From: a virus | Length of the DNA: 64,000 nucleotides | Virus record (IMG/VR): IMGVR_UViG_3300046714_000544 | Location: 5,169 to 69,168 of that record | Reading direction: 5' to 3' (one strand) | Part shown: positions 38,755-49,381 of the stretch, in pieces | How positions within the stretch are numbered: position 1 is the stretch's first letter | How the letters are laid out: the number at the start of each line of letters is the position of its first letter | Notes under the pieces: model-generated | Databases searched by the model: none | What the model was told of the DNA's origin: nothing | Seen by the model: only the letters and a program-made list of their open reading frames with translations | Translations under genes and position numbers: made by a program

Positions 38755-39102
38755 TCATCCCGCCATCTCCAATTGATCCGTCGCTATCACCGAATCCCAG
38801 GCTTGCTGGTAGGCTGTCTGTTCCTCGGGGGTCAACTGCTGCCCGGCATTAATCGTTGCCCAAGCCGGCACCTCTGTCGTCACCACATCCCCCTCCCCCT
38901 CCTGTGAATCATCGAAGTTGATGTAATACTTCCCCTCCTGAAGTCCAAGGATCGCGGCCTTTTCGGCCGGGAGGAAGATCGGCTCGATGACCGTCTCCCT
39001 CTCATCACAGGAATCGAGGAGGTTTTGAATAGCCTTCCTCATCTCCTTCGACTGCCGGTGGTAGTCAATAACAAACGCCTCCTCCACACGGAGGTCAATC
39101 AC
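38755..39102 (-). CDS. Hypothetical protein
   Basis: SD plus GTG. Confidence 0.5.
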   Translation of the reverse strand: MIDLRVEEAFVIDYHRQSKEMRKAIQNLLDSCDERETVIEPIFLPAEKAAILGLQEGKYYINFDDSQEGEGDVVTTEVPAWATINAGQQLTPEEQTAYQQAWDSVIATDQLEMAG

Positions 39103-39231
39103 TCTCGTTCTCCTCTCTCAACAACTGGGCAATGGACTTGCGTCCGCCCTTTTCTTCTTTCACAGGTGGTCGAGGTTCGTGCTTGGTTTTCCAAGGCGGC
39201 CGATCTCGGGCCTCCTTCTCTGTCCGACCCA

Positions 39232-39552
39232 TCAAGCGACCTTCGGTTCCTCAAACAACTTCACCCTCCGCTCCACCGGCTGACCCTGGCACCCATTACA
39301 CTTACACCGGATGAACTGAGAGACAACGAACTTCTGCTTCTCCCAGATCTTCCAGAGGTTGAACGAGAGCGCCTTCGAGCAGCCCTTGCAGTTGAGGGTC
39401 CAGGGGTCGGCGGTCTGAATGGCGGCCGTCTTTGCTAGCGCCTGCGTCTTCTCCTCATTCAGCCCACTGAGGTGATCCTTGATCGTGAAGAGTTCCCTCT
39501 TCATCGAAATCTTGCACTCGGGGCAGGTGACCTTGACGGATGCGTTGATCAC
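39232..39552 (-). CDS. Zinc-binding hypothetical protein
   Basis: CPEC, CKGC and CNGC motifs. Confidence 0.5.
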   Translation of the reverse strand: MINASVKVTCPECKISMKRELFTIKDHLSGLNEEKTQALAKTAAIQTADPWTLNCKGCSKALSFNLWKIWEKQKFVVSQFIRCKCNGCQGQPVERRVKLFEEPKVA

Positions 39553-40271
39553 GCAGCGACCGCCTGAGGACTGCTGAGGCCCAGCAAAATCCTCAACTGT
39601 TCCCCATACTTCTTCAACACACCACTGTCTTCGGGGAGTGCCGGACGGCGGTTAACCTCACCGACAACCCACTTCCCATCCTCAAGCAACCAGAGATCAA
39701 CGGCACAAGCGGTCAACCCGAGAACCTCCGCCGCTTTCTTGGCCATCTCGCGGCCCTTCTTACTGAAACCAACCGTCGCCCCAGCGTCGTAGTAGATCCC
39801 CCAGCCCGCATCCCACGACCTGATCCACGGATGCGGCTTGTCATTCCTGGGCTTCTTATGCCCCACCTTGACCGACATGCCGTTGATCACGTGAACCCGG
39901 AATTCACGGACGACATTGAGCTTCTTCGTCCAGAAGGCCGGGTTCTTGGTACCGTGCAGGAGGTCCTTCCCCTCCTGATGGTTCGCCGTCCGCCCCAACC
40001 AACCGGTCACCGCCGTGTTGTTGAAGGGAGGTACCACTATACCCTTTTCCGCGAGAAGAGTCAACTCCTGAATCTTGCTGCCGACGAGGGAGCTGTTCAC
40101 AACGACGACACCGGCCGGGGCCTTGAAGTAGGAACCCCAGCAGAGCACCGTATCCCCCTTCTTCCACCCACTGAGGGGAGCTGCTTTCCTGAGGCGGCGC
40201 GCCCCCAACTCCTTTACCAACTGCCGGGCGCTGTCACTCGCTGCCGGGCAATGAACAAAAAGTCTAGCCAT
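39549..40271 (-). CDS. ATP-grasp peptide ligase (phiEco32-like)
   Basis: REFRVHV, WIRSWDAGW, AVD, EVNRRPAL. Confidence 0.75.
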   Translation of the reverse strand: MARLFVHCPAASDSARQLVKELGARRLRKAAPLSGWKKGDTVLCWGSYFKAPAGVVVVNSSLVGSKIQELTLLAEKGIVVPPFNNTAVTGWLGRTANHQEGKDLLHGTKNPAFWTKKLNVVREFRVHVINGMSVKVGHKKPRNDKPHPWIRSWDAGWGIYYDAGATVGFSKKGREMAKKAAEVLGLTACAVDLWLLEDGKWVVGEVNRRPALPEDSGVLKKYGEQLRILLGLSSPQAVAA

Positions 40272-40752
40272 TTGTCGGTCCTCCTCCTGTCGTCATCGTG
40301 GTCCACAAATCGTTCAAACCCTGGGTGGAGAATTGTTGAAGGCCGTTGGCGGCAATGCTGCTGCCGAAACCGGCAGCTGTCCCCATTCCGTACAAGGCCG
40401 CCTTCTTCAACTTCTTCTTCGCCATCTCGTCGTACATGAGATCCCCCTTCGTCTTCAGCGGAGCCACCTCCACCTCATACCGCACCTCATGGATGTCGGC
40501 GAAAAGGAGCGCGGCGAGGTAGAGGTGAAGCGGGTAGGCCATCCCCTCCACAGTCACCGTGGGCGGACCGAGCGGTGTCACTGCCCCACCCCTGGGCACC
40601 CCGGGGATCTTCACCGCTGGCAGATCCCTGATCCCGATCCCCTCCACCTTCTCGGCGAGGGCTTCCATGGCCGGCTCACCCACGGTGTAGATATGGAGAG
40701 CCTGCTCCATCGCCTTACCGGCCAACCGCCCCAACTTCACAAGGTCAAGCAA
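40264..40752 (-). CDS. Hypothetical protein
   Basis: ORF in a packed operon. Confidence 0.45.
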   Translation of the reverse strand: MLDLVKLGRLAGKAMEQALHIYTVGEPAMEALAEKVEGIGIRDLPAVKIPGVPRGGAVTPLGPPTVTVEGMAYPLHLYLAALLFADIHEVRYEVEVAPLKTKGDLMYDEMAKKKLKKAALYGMGTAAGFGSSIAANGLQQFSTQGLNDLWTTMTTGGGPTNG

Positions 40753-41033
40753 ACCAACACCCCCCTTCCTGCTCTCTGTTCATGACCTAAACTTCCAGCC
40801 ATACTGCGTGCCACTATGTACATCAGCCTCTTGTTGCGTTGCAAGTCCCAAGACTGTACTAAGATGAGCAACTAACTCTGGCAGCCAATGAGAAGAAAAA
40901 CGCGCCTTCTCGAACCAATTCTCGTCATCCTCGGACTCGATAACAACCATGATATGAGGATCCCCCTTACCTCGTGGGCACAGGGATACTCTAAACTGTT
41001 GGCCACCGACAGTGGTGATCTCAGTGATCTCGG

Positions 41034-41855
41034 TCACGACTGCACCCTCACCCCGCTCAGCTGCAACCGGTTGTTCATATGCGACACAAGGTTGGCAATC
41101 TCAACCTCCGACATCATCCCCTCCTCAGTCCCAGCAGTCTGAGGGCCACTGGTCCCTTGGGTCGATGAAGAGATGACCTTCACTTGTGGCGACGTCGGTG
41201 CTTTTGGGCCCGGCAAAAAGCCCACCGGCTCCTTCTTCGAAGCCGCCTCCACTATCCTGTAGCTGGTGTTGGAAGCGATGAAGCCCTTGTCGGTAATCCA
41301 GTCACCCCAGTAGGCCGTGCCGTCCATGTTCAACACCACGACCCTCTTGATATCCCCGATGCAGGTCAGGTAGCCCAGGCCGAAATTTCCGGCGAGGAAG
41401 GCCAGGAACCGCGTGTCCGACCAATGGCTGTTGGGCATCTTCAATGCCCCCTTCGCCGCGCGGGCCACCTCGATCGCCTCCTGTCGCCATGACGTGAAGG
41501 TCCCATTATGCATCAAGACCCCATCCTTGCACACCCCGGACAGATCCAGGGACGCCTTACCGTCCAGGGGGAAGGGGTGGGTGAGGGCAGCATTCGCGGC
41601 TCCCACCGAAGCGGCGCGGAAGTGGATCAAGAGGGGGAAACAGCTCCTCCCCTCCTTCGTCCGGAGCTTCAAGTCCTCAATCCAATCGAGGAGGCCCTTC
41701 CTCCCATCCTTCCCCTCAAGAGCGAGCCCCTTCTCCCACCGGATGCCCTCCTTCGTCGTCCAGGCAATCCCGGCGCCGTCATCATGAATCCGCTCACTCT
41801 CCCGCAGTTCGGCCAGGGAGGGGAGGGCGTAGTAGCACGCGAATGCGACGCACAT
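41034..41855 (-). CDS. Class II glutamine amidotransferase
   Basis: N-terminal MC, DGAG, HFRAASVG, HPF, MHNG, SDT. Confidence 0.85.
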   Translation of the reverse strand: MCVAFACYYALPSLAELRESERIHDDGAGIAWTTKEGIRWEKGLALEGKDGRKGLLDWIEDLKLRTKEGRSCFPLLIHFRAASVGAANAALTHPFPLDGKASLDLSGVCKDGVLMHNGTFTSWRQEAIEVARAAKGALKMPNSHWSDTRFLAFLAGNFGLGYLTCIGDIKRVVVLNMDGTAYWGDWITDKGFIASNTSYRIVEAASKKEPVGFLPGPKAPTSPQVKVISSSTQGTSGPQTAGTEEGMMSEVEIANLVSHMNNRLQLSGVRVQS

Positions 41856-42565
41856 TACCTGCTCACCTCTCCCACAGTCACAACCCTCTCCATCACCTTC
41901 TCCTTCCCCGTACTGTACAGGGAGATGTAGTCATTGAACGTCTTCTTCGTCTCCACGAGGGCACTCAGGGCCTTCGCCTTCTCCGTGAACGTCGGGAACA
42001 ACCGCACCTCCACCGTGCTATGGAGGCCATGAGGATAATTAATGACAGTCCTCCTTGGCGCCCCCGCATTGCTGTTCTTCTTCTTCACCCCCACCTGCTG
42101 ACGGGGGGTAAACTTCCGCAGGGCAAACCTGTTCTTCCCCTCCAGCCGATATCTGAAGAGGCTGTTCTCCGGCACCTCCTTCGCCCCCCAGAGATGCATC
42201 CTTCTGAGGAAGAAGTTGAAAAACTTCGCGCTCATCACATCCTCATAGAAGAGGGCGGATGGGAAGGAGAGGTGGAAGTGAATCCCGGCGCTCTTCTCCT
42301 GATTAGTCCCCACCTGCGTCGGCGCGGGAACGTCGAGGGGGTAGTGGGCAAGCAGCCACTTCTCATCCTCCCCCTCTGCGCTCAACGGAGGGGAAACAAC
42401 CTCCCCCCAGTGCTGCTTCTGGGGATGGTACCCCTCAGGCGCGGGAACGCTGACGTCCTCACTGTACAGGACATCCTCGAAGAGGGTATCCCTCCACCCG
42501 CCCTCCAGCTCGATGCCGATCTGGGAGAGGTTGGGGTAGGTTGCTTTACCTTGGGTTGCTTCCAT
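41855..42565 (-). CDS. Amidoligase (COOH-NH2 ligase) family protein
   Basis: IGIELEG, D.SV, EVVSPP, AGIHFHLS, TVEVRLF. Confidence 0.8.
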   Translation of the reverse strand: MEATQGKATYPNLSQIGIELEGGWRDTLFEDVLYSEDVSVPAPEGYHPQKQHWGEVVSPPLSAEGEDEKWLLAHYPLDVPAPTQVGTNQEKSAGIHFHLSFPSALFYEDVMSAKFFNFFLRRMHLWGAKEVPENSLFRYRLEGKNRFALRKFTPRQQVGVKKKNSNAGAPRRTVINYPHGLHSTVEVRLFPTFTEKAKALSALVETKKTFNDYISLYSTGKEKVMERVVTVGEVSR

Positions 42566-42566
42566 A

Positions 42567-43064
42567 TCAGGCCGCGTCCCACTTCTTCACCCGGATCTCC
42601 ATGTTCTTTGAGGGCGGGTGGATCACGTTGTTGAAGAGGCAACAAACCGCCCTCTCAGCCGCGTGCATGTAGGCATCCCGCATGGTGTTGTTCGAGGGGC
42701 CGAAGAGCATCTCCACGCCGGCCGCGCTACCGATCCCAACAAGCGTCAGGGGCGCGATGTTGAAAGACCCGCCCTGCTCCAGATATCCCTCATCATAATC
42801 GATGAAGAACCTTTCCTCCTCCCCACCGTATTCGAGGATGGACGGGAGGGGGACGGGGTAGTGCAACTTCCCAGTGACGGTCTTCATCGTAGAATGCCCC
42901 GCGCGCTCCATGGAACTGATCAGGAACGGTTCAATGACCTCGCTCCGCATCCAGACCAAGGTCCCCTTCCCATTCGACGTCAGGCGCACATGGATCAGCT
43001 TGCTCGTCGCGTCCGGCATTCCTTCCCTCCCCTCACTTCTCACAACTTCAATGTCCAACATCAC
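42567..43064 (-). CDS. Hypothetical protein in the amidoligase cluster
   Basis: ORF between ligase genes. Confidence 0.5.
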   Translation of the reverse strand: MMLDIEVVRSEGREGMPDATSKLIHVRLTSNGKGTLVWMRSEVIEPFLISSMERAGHSTMKTVTGKLHYPVPLPSILEYGGEEERFFIDYDEGYLEQGGSFNIAPLTLVGIGSAAGVEMLFGPSNNTMRDAYMHAAERAVCCLFNNVIHPPSKNMEIRVKKWDAA

Positions 43065-43455
43065 TCACTCCAATCGACTTGTTGAATGTCCGGATTTTTC
43101 AGCAACTGTTCCGCCACTTCCACCGGAACCATCCCGGTGGACATCTTATGCTTCCCAGCCCGGATCCGCAACCAGAGCCTGTTCCCCAGTTCCAGGAACT
43201 TGTTCCAGCAGGTCTGGCAGAGGTCGAGGGTTTTGCGGTTGGTGAGGCTGACGGGTTTCCCCGGCCCCTCACCGAAGGCGAAGATGTACTCTCCCGTTGA
43301 CCCCCCGCAGATCAGGCACTTCGCTCCCGGGATGTTGCAGGAGACGACAATCTCATACTCCCTGGTGATGATGGAGTCGTTCATGTCCAGATATTCCCCG
43401 TCGTGGACGGGTTCCCTGGCTACCCGGAAGACCTTCTTATGTCGATGCTTTCCCA

Positions 43456-44574
43456 TCATGCCGCCTTCCTTAGGGGGACCTTCTTCTGCGCGCCCTCGAA
43501 CATGGCCTCTCGATCCATCGAGACGTTGAAGTTGGCCCATCCGTAGTAGAAGGGGGTGATGCCGTTGAAGTTACCCGGGATCTGCCGGTGCCCCTGATAC
43601 AGCACCTCATCACCCCTCTTATCCAGCCAGGTGCGGAGGCGGGACAGCTTGGCGAGATCAACGCCCATATTCCTGTATGGGCTACTGGTGATTAGGCAGG
43701 CCTCGATGAACTTCTCGGCCGCCACCCGATCCCCCTCCTGGATGGCGTTCGCCGCACTCTCAGCCCTGGCTTCCCAGGACTTGAGGACAGCGGGTTCCCA
43801 GCTGGCCGGAAGATCCATGACCGCACGCCCGAGACCGTACAGGAGGGAGACAACCGGTTCCGCAACAAAGGCCCTCGCGGACGGTGTCCGGTATTCCAGG
43901 CCCCAGAAGCCAGTCCCGTAGTTCTGGAGGCGGAACTCCCCGGCCTTCCCATAATGGAGGCGCCGCTGCTTCTCCAGCAGATCCCCATGGAGGTACGTAT
44001 GCGTCACCCCCACGAAGCAGTCCATCAACTTCGTCAGTTGGCAGACCTCGGCGCGCACCTTGTACAACTCGTCCCCAGACTCCAGGCGGGCGAAGACCGC
44101 CTTACCAACAGGACCGAATGGGTAGTTCTTATTCCCGATGCAGAAGTGCATATGCCCACCCACATGACGGAAGGGGTAGGTCCGTGCATCGACATGGATG
44201 TCGATCGGGGCGCCGCCATGGTAGGCGGAAAAGGCGGGCTCACAGCCGAAGGACTGAAGGTCCATAGGACCCTCGGTGATATCCTTCAGATCAATGAGAA
44301 CAGTGGGGGTTGCGATGAGCTTAGCGACCTGACCCCTTGCCTTCAGGGCCAGCATCGCCTCGTTCATGTATCCAACGAGACGCTCGCGGCAATCCTGCGG
44401 GCGGGGCGCGAACTCAACCGCATACCCATCCCGATAGATATGCCAGTTGGGGGGCTCGGAAGCCTTATCCCTGAGCGGGGAGGTCTTGTGAGGAACGTCT
44501 AGGGCGTGCGCCGGACGTACACGCCCATCTTTGTCAGCGGTGAAAAATTCCGGATCGGCACCAATGAGGATCAT
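43456..44574 (-). CDS. phiEco32-like COOH-NH2 ligase type 2
   Basis: IGADPEFF, DGYAVEF, FGCEP, GGHMHF, RRLHYGKAGEFR, EYRTPS. Confidence 0.85.
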   Translation of the reverse strand: MILIGADPEFFTADKDGRVRPAHALDVPHKTSPLRDKASEPPNWHIYRDGYAVEFAPRPQDCRERLVGYMNEAMLALKARGQVAKLIATPTVLIDLKDITEGPMDLQSFGCEPAFSAYHGGAPIDIHVDARTYPFRHVGGHMHFCIGNKNYPFGPVGKAVFARLESGDELYKVRAEVCQLTKLMDCFVGVTHTYLHGDLLEKQRRLHYGKAGEFRLQNYGTGFWGLEYRTPSARAFVAEPVVSLLYGLGRAVMDLPASWEPAVLKSWEARAESAANAIQEGDRVAAEKFIEACLITSSPYRNMGVDLAKLSRLRTWLDKRGDEVLYQGHRQIPGNFNGITPFYYGWANFNVSMDREAMFEGAQKKVPLRKAA

Positions 44575-44577
44575 CCT

Positions 44578-44916
44578 CTAGGAAATCGGCCTCCCCACAT
44601 CACAGTTAGAGAGGAAGCAGTTCGCGATGTGGGTTCGGAACTCCTTCATATCAGCACCAGGGAACGTTTCAAGCAGCCTTTGGAAGGCTACCTTTCTGCC
44701 TACCTTCTTGTCAAAGTTGTCGTTCAGGGAGCACACACTCGATGCCTCGCCTAGGGTCTCCCATTGCGCGCCGGGTCCTTTTGGAGAGGAAGGAATGCGA
44801 CGTGCCAAGGTCGCGGTCACCGTTCTCCTCTTTGCGGGGAACCCGAACGGCTCCTCCGTTGCAGGGCTGTAGAAGAACCGGAGTCCATACTCGTATCCGT
44901 TCAGTTCGAAACGCAT
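44578..44916 (-). CDS. Conserved hypothetical phage protein
   Basis: CSLNDNFDKKVGRKVAFQR motif. Confidence 0.6.
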   Translation of the reverse strand: MRFELNGYEYGLRFFYSPATEEPFGFPAKRRTVTATLARRIPSSPKGPGAQWETLGEASSVCSLNDNFDKKVGRKVAFQRLLETFPGADMKEFRTHIANCFLSNCDVGRPIS

Positions 44917-45348
44917 GTTGCTTCCTTTTCTTGACGGAGGCCGTAGCCTCCATTACCTTCCGTGCGAGCCAAAACGACCTCTTTCCTGCCTGCCTGGTAC
45001 GATCACTAAGGCGCTGCCATTTCCCTGCGTGGGAACGGATTAGCTGTTTCAACTAGGTGAACACGATATCCCATGCTTCGGCGGCGTAGACCAACTCTCG
45101 GGCCATATTGCGCATTGCGCGACTTTCCCCCCAATAATGGGTGCGGGCAGCTTCCTCCCTTGCTTTTCTGGCCAGGCGACGTAGATGAACGCTAGCGTCC
45201 TTCCAAATTTCCTCTACATCTGGTTCTGACATGTCAGACCTCATCCTTGCTGACCCGGATGAACTTCCCGCAATCGGGGCAGGAGACCTTCCGATAGAAG
45301 GTCACGCCCTTCGACAACCACCGCACCTCGACGATGGTCGAAGCCTCC

Positions 45349-45693
45349 CTATGTGGAAGGAGGCCGAGTGAACAGCTCAGTGACCTCAACCACTTCACGG
45401 CGCTGTCTCCCCCATTTGACCGCCTCCTGGTGCGTTTCGAAGAAGATGTCGATATGCCCCTTGACCTTCGACCCCGTGTCTTCACACTTGACAACGCCCC
45501 TTCCCCTGATCCAGAACACCTTGCCGAGCCAACCGACCGGACACGCGGCCGTCCAGCTTGGCGCCGCGTACAATCCTGACGTCGTAAGGCCATTCAGGTG
45601 CGCCCATTTGCCGCAGCAGATAGCGCATGGGCAGTAGCCAGTAGTCCATAGGAGGAGGCTGAGGGTCAGCAGATGTTTCCACGCCTGCCTCAC
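45349..45693 (-). CDS. 3D-domain (cell-wall lytic transglycosylase-like) protein
   Basis: Signal peptide; TGYCPCAICCGKW, TTSG, EDTGSKVKGHIDIF, A.KWGR. Confidence 0.8.
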   Translation of the reverse strand: MRQAWKHLLTLSLLLWTTGYCPCAICCGKWAHLNGLTTSGLYAAPSWTAACPVGWLGKVFWIRGRGVVKCEDTGSKVKGHIDIFFETHQEAVKWGRQRREVVEVTELFTRPPST

Positions 45694-46022
45694 CAGCTAT
45701 CCTCATCCGCCGCCTTCTTGTTCGCAGGGACATTCTTCCACCAGATGATCGCGTGGGTGCAGTCCGGGGATTGCAGGGACGCTCGGCGGCGGCGGCGTCC
45801 GACCCGCTTAAACCCCAGCTTCTCCAACTTCGCGGCCAGCGCATCGTCCTGCGTGCGGTCAAGGGTGACTGCTTGGATGGTGGTGATATCGTCACGGATG
45901 TCGTACTTGGTGGTTGAAGAGGGACGGGCCTTGATTGCGGCCTTCAAGGACTCCAGGGTGTCGTTGGGGGAGCACCTCAGATCAGCCATGAAACACGCCC
46001 GCATCCCGTCAAGACTAGGCAT
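45690..46022 (-). CDS. Hypothetical protein (GNAT-like C-terminal motif)
   Basis: LEKLGFKRV motif; resembles its neighbour. Confidence 0.45.
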   Translation of the reverse strand: MPSLDGMRACFMADLRCSPNDTLESLKAAIKARPSSTTKYDIRDDITTIQAVTLDRTQDDALAAKLEKLGFKRVGRRRRRASLQSPDCTHAIIWWKNVPANKKAADEDSW

Positions 46023-46356
46023 GGCCCTTTCCCTTCTTGAACCAGAGGGACAACGTCCCCTTCTCCATCGTGCGGGGGAAGGTGGTGAGCTTCTTGAACC
46101 CTGCCTTCTTCACCAACGGGATCAACGAGCGTTCCTCGGGGGTGAGGATGATGATGCTGCTTTGTTTGGCGCTGGACGCGGCCAGCAACCGTGTGATGCT
46201 CTCTTTGAGGGTGTATTGACCACTATCCCTCCAACTCTCATCAACGATCACGTCAGTGGAAGCCTCTACCCCTATCTGCTGCAGGGCGCAGCACTCGATG
46301 GTACGCTCCACACTGATGTAAACACTTCTCACCCTCTTCACTTCTTCTCCTTCCAA
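46015..46356 (-). CDS. Hypothetical protein (GNAT-like C-terminal motif)
   Basis: VKKAGFKKL..LSLWFK. Confidence 0.45.
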   Translation of the reverse strand: MEGEEVKRVRSVYISVERTIECCALQQIGVEASTDVIVDESWRDSGQYTLKESITRLLAASSAKQSSIIILTPEERSLIPLVKKAGFKKLTTFPRTMEKGTLSLWFKKGKGHA

Positions 46357-46697
46357 TCCCCGGAGGGGATTAACTCCTCATGCGCCAGATTGAGGGCGGC
46401 TTGTTGGAGGCGGTAAACCCAAGCGGTTGTTTCATCCTCTAGGGTGACAACCACCCGTTCATTGAGGCCCCTCGCCGTGCCCTCATAGGCATCCAGGTGG
46501 GGGAAATAGTCGCTCGCGACCTCCATCAACCACCCCTTGACAACACCCTTTCCTGGGACGATTCCGGGGAACCACCCGAGGGAGAAGAGATCATGACCAG
46601 GAAGCAGCGCCGGGCGCACTTCCTTGAGGCCAAACCTCCCCGCCTGAGAGCTGGCCACATCGGGCCGGAGTGTGCCGAAGACGAATAGGCGTTCCAT
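46338..46697 (-). CDS. Gamma-glutamylcyclotransferase (AIG2-like)
   Basis: LFVFGTLR, FPG, VKG, LDAYEG, AWVY, IPSGDW. Confidence 0.85.
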   Translation of the reverse strand: MERLFVFGTLRPDVASSQAGRFGLKEVRPALLPGHDLFSLGWFPGIVPGKGVVKGWLMEVASDYFPHLDAYEGTARGLNERVVVTLEDETTAWVYRLQQAALNLAHEELIPSGDWKEKK

Positions 46698-47102
46698 CAG
46701 CATCCTCCCCGGCACTTGTGCGCCAGATGCCCACCCGGGCACATGACCGGGAGGATGGTTGGGGTCTTGGTCGCAGGGGGTTCACAGCGCCCCCGCACCT
46801 GTCCCTGCCCTGGGCCATTGACGTCATGGCTGTACTTCCTCTGACGGCCGCAGTGGCAACGGACGTTCTTCTTCACCTTGACTCCATATCCACACAGACA
46901 TTTCCCTTGTCGTCCGTGTACACAGAAAGAACCTCCAGGTCCGTCGTCGGCCCCGTGCAGAAAGTGATGGTTGGATTCTTCCTCAATTTCCGCATATCGT
47001 GATTGTCGGGGTGGAGCCAGCTTAGGAATTCTTTCAACTTCAACTTCTTCATCTCACTCTCCCAGACCAGGCACCTGCGAGGGGTGTTGGTCTACTTTTT
47101 CG

Positions 47103-47205
47103 CCAAAACAGCTTGATCCACGGATGTCGTTGACTGCTTAGGGTTTGCGGCTCTTGGATGGGGCGGATCAACCCCTCTTAAGATAAGAAGGTGCTGAGCT
47201 GCGCT
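47103..47205 (+). repeat. Copy of a ~100-bp dispersed element (also at 59339-59445 and inverted at 59625-59725)
   Basis: CCAAAACAGCTTGATC is identical to 59339-59354; GGGCGGATCAACCCCT is identical to the reverse complement of 59656-59671. Confidence 0.75.
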
Positions 47206-47981
47206 CTAGGGAGCGCGCTAGCACTCAGAACCGCGCTTTTTTACTGAATGATTACAACTACGCGGCTGAATAGCTTTGGTCGACACAGGCTACAGAACTC
47301 GACATGGGAAAACCCATCCGCAGCTAGCCACCCTTGTTTCCACTGATGGCCTAGGATGTCGTGGGCAATCCTGTTGAGCCGTTCGAGGGGGCTTAACACG
47401 GGCGCGGGCCTGGAAGTAATGTGTCAGCCAGGGCTCTACTAGCAGTAGAAATCTGCCCAGCTTCCAACTCTGTTTCTCTCCCAGGACCAATCACCCAACC
47501 GCCGGGAACCTGAGAGGCGACCTTCTTATACGCCTCCACCTCATCCTCTCCGGAAGCCGTTGCCCACCCCTTTTGCCCTGTCTGTCCCCAACCAAAGTCG
47601 CCGCTTTTGCAATCGAGACGGAAGATGTAGGTGTTCATTTGCTCTCCTTTTAGGCCGCCCCCACCTCAGGCAACCGTTCATCAGTCCGCTGCCCGAAACC
47701 CGGGAGGAACAACTTATCCACCGCCTTCCGACAGAAGGGGCAGTCGATGGTCCTTTGCTGGAGGAGGGAACCGCAGGAGGGGCAGTCCTTGAAACCGCGG
47801 CGATGGAGGGAACCAACCGTCGTCTCTCTAAGCATACTCCAAACCTCCTCGGAGAAACCATGCCTCGAAGATTAGGCTGAGGTGGCCGAGATCCAACGCT
47901 CGGCGGCCAGGCCCTAGGTTCCGCCATCCCCAAAGCGGCTCGTGATAGCGGACAAAGGTGAGGGTGAAGAGGTCTGTGCGC

Positions 47982-48614
47982 TCAGTCATCGTCGTCATCC
48001 TCATCATCCTCCTCCCACTCCTCCGGGTTGATCAACTTGTCGATCCCACAGATGGTGTCCTCAGCCTCCAAGGCGCGCTTCTTGAAGTAGGTGTGGAGCT
48101 TCTTCTCATTCTTGAGTTCATCTTCCAACCGGCCAGAGGTAGTAGTTCGGTAAAACCGATTCTGCTTCTGCAACTCTTCCATATCCGCTAGATAGAGGAC
48201 AGTTCTGGCCTCGACATGCTCCAGATCGGCCTTCAACCGCGCGACCTCTTTCTCCGCCTTCTCCAGCTTGAGGCCTTGGGCGGCGACGAAGTCGGTGTGC
48301 CCCTGGCAGTTCTTGACGGCATCCTTCTTGAACTGTTCGAACTCGGCCTCCAGCTGCTTGCACCGGGAGCGGAAGCGTTCCCTCTCAGCAACGATGGCGA
48401 CCTTCGCATCCACCACTTGACAGAGGGCGGTCCTCATGCTCTCCACCTGAGCCCGCTCGACCGCCAACAGCTCCTTCCACTCATGCTCCGAGGTGATCTT
48501 GTATTGGGCAAAGGCCAGGTCATGCTTGAGGAACATGTCTCGCCAAGTAGGAGCATTTCCATCCAGGAGCAGTGCCCGCTTCCTAGCCCTCTCGAAGGCG
48601 AAAGAGGCGCTCAT
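47982..48614 (-). CDS. Coiled-coil protein with acidic tail
   Basis: Heptad-rich; ends EEDDEDDDD. Confidence 0.55.
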   Translation of the reverse strand: MSASFAFERARKRALLLDGNAPTWRDMFLKHDLAFAQYKITSEHEWKELLAVERAQVESMRTALCQVVDAKVAIVAERERFRSRCKQLEAEFEQFKKDAVKNCQGHTDFVAAQGLKLEKAEKEVARLKADLEHVEARTVLYLADMEELQKQNRFYRTTTSGRLEDELKNEKKLHTYFKKRALEAEDTICGIDKLINPEEWEEDDEDDDDD

Positions 48615-48813
48615 GGCACAACCTCGCCACCTGAGAGGACAAATTCTACCACCGCCTTCACATCTACCCCCGCAGCGAATTGGAGGGGCTCGGCGCTCAA
48701 AGCCGCGGCGATCGGGTTCCACCCACTTGTCCTGCCTCCACCAAAGCAGGGGAAATGTTGACCTACCTCGGCGACAATGAAGTCAAGGGCTCCTTTGTCA
48801 AGTCCTTTGATGG

Positions 48814-49077
48814 TCATGACGTCGCCCCGTAGCCCTCAGCCTTGGCGCGACGTGCCTTCGCTGCCTCCAACCTCTTACCCTCCAACCTTCCAACTCCGAC
48901 GGCGAGGGAGAAGGGTATTAGGGCGATGATTGAAAGAGGCCAGAATATGATGCCCACGACTAGGAAGGGATCAGGGCCAGAGTAATCCTTAAACCCCCAC
49001 CAGTCGTGCGCCCAACTGAGACCGAAGCTGAGGGAAAGGACTAGGATGTAGGTTAGGGTGATTGTTAGGGTCAGCAA
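48814..49077 (-). CDS. Small membrane protein
   Basis: Two hydrophobic segments; IIFWPL motif. Confidence 0.55.
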   Translation of the reverse strand: MLTLTITLTYILVLSLSFGLSWAHDWWGFKDYSGPDPFLVVGIIFWPLSIIALIPFSLAVGVGRLEGKRLEAAKARRAKAEGYGATS

Positions 49078-49224
49078 TTAATCTTCCTCCTCCTCAAACG
49101 GATCAGGGTCGACGGTGTACAGGTCATCCACGTCGTCAACCAGGAGGAGATCATCATCCCCATCGTCATTCCCCTCGTAGAAGTCCTCGCACATCGAACA
49201 ATCACAGTTGAGACACGGCATCAT
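49078..49224 (-). CDS. Highly acidic microprotein (48 aa)
   Basis: MMPCLNCDCSMCEDFYEGNDDGDDDLLLVDDVDDLYTVDPDPFEEEED; GAGGGGG SD. Confidence 0.55.
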   Translation of the reverse strand: MMPCLNCDCSMCEDFYEGNDDGDDDLLLVDDVDDLYTVDPDPFEEEED

Positions 49225-49381
49225 TCACCCCCCTCTTCGGAAAGTAACTCCAGGCCCCAAAGCAGCGCCGCCACTGCAACCCCAATCCCCAGGACCGTGA
49301 CCCAAAGGACATCCGCCCCCATCCCGAAGAAGATGAGGAGAACGGCGATGTAGGCCAGGCCATCGGCCTTCTTTGTCGATT

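Noticed and set aside
47235-47400. Structured RNA next to the repeat element
   Set aside because: Explained by a small minus-strand ORF (MLSPLERLNRIAHDILGHQW...).
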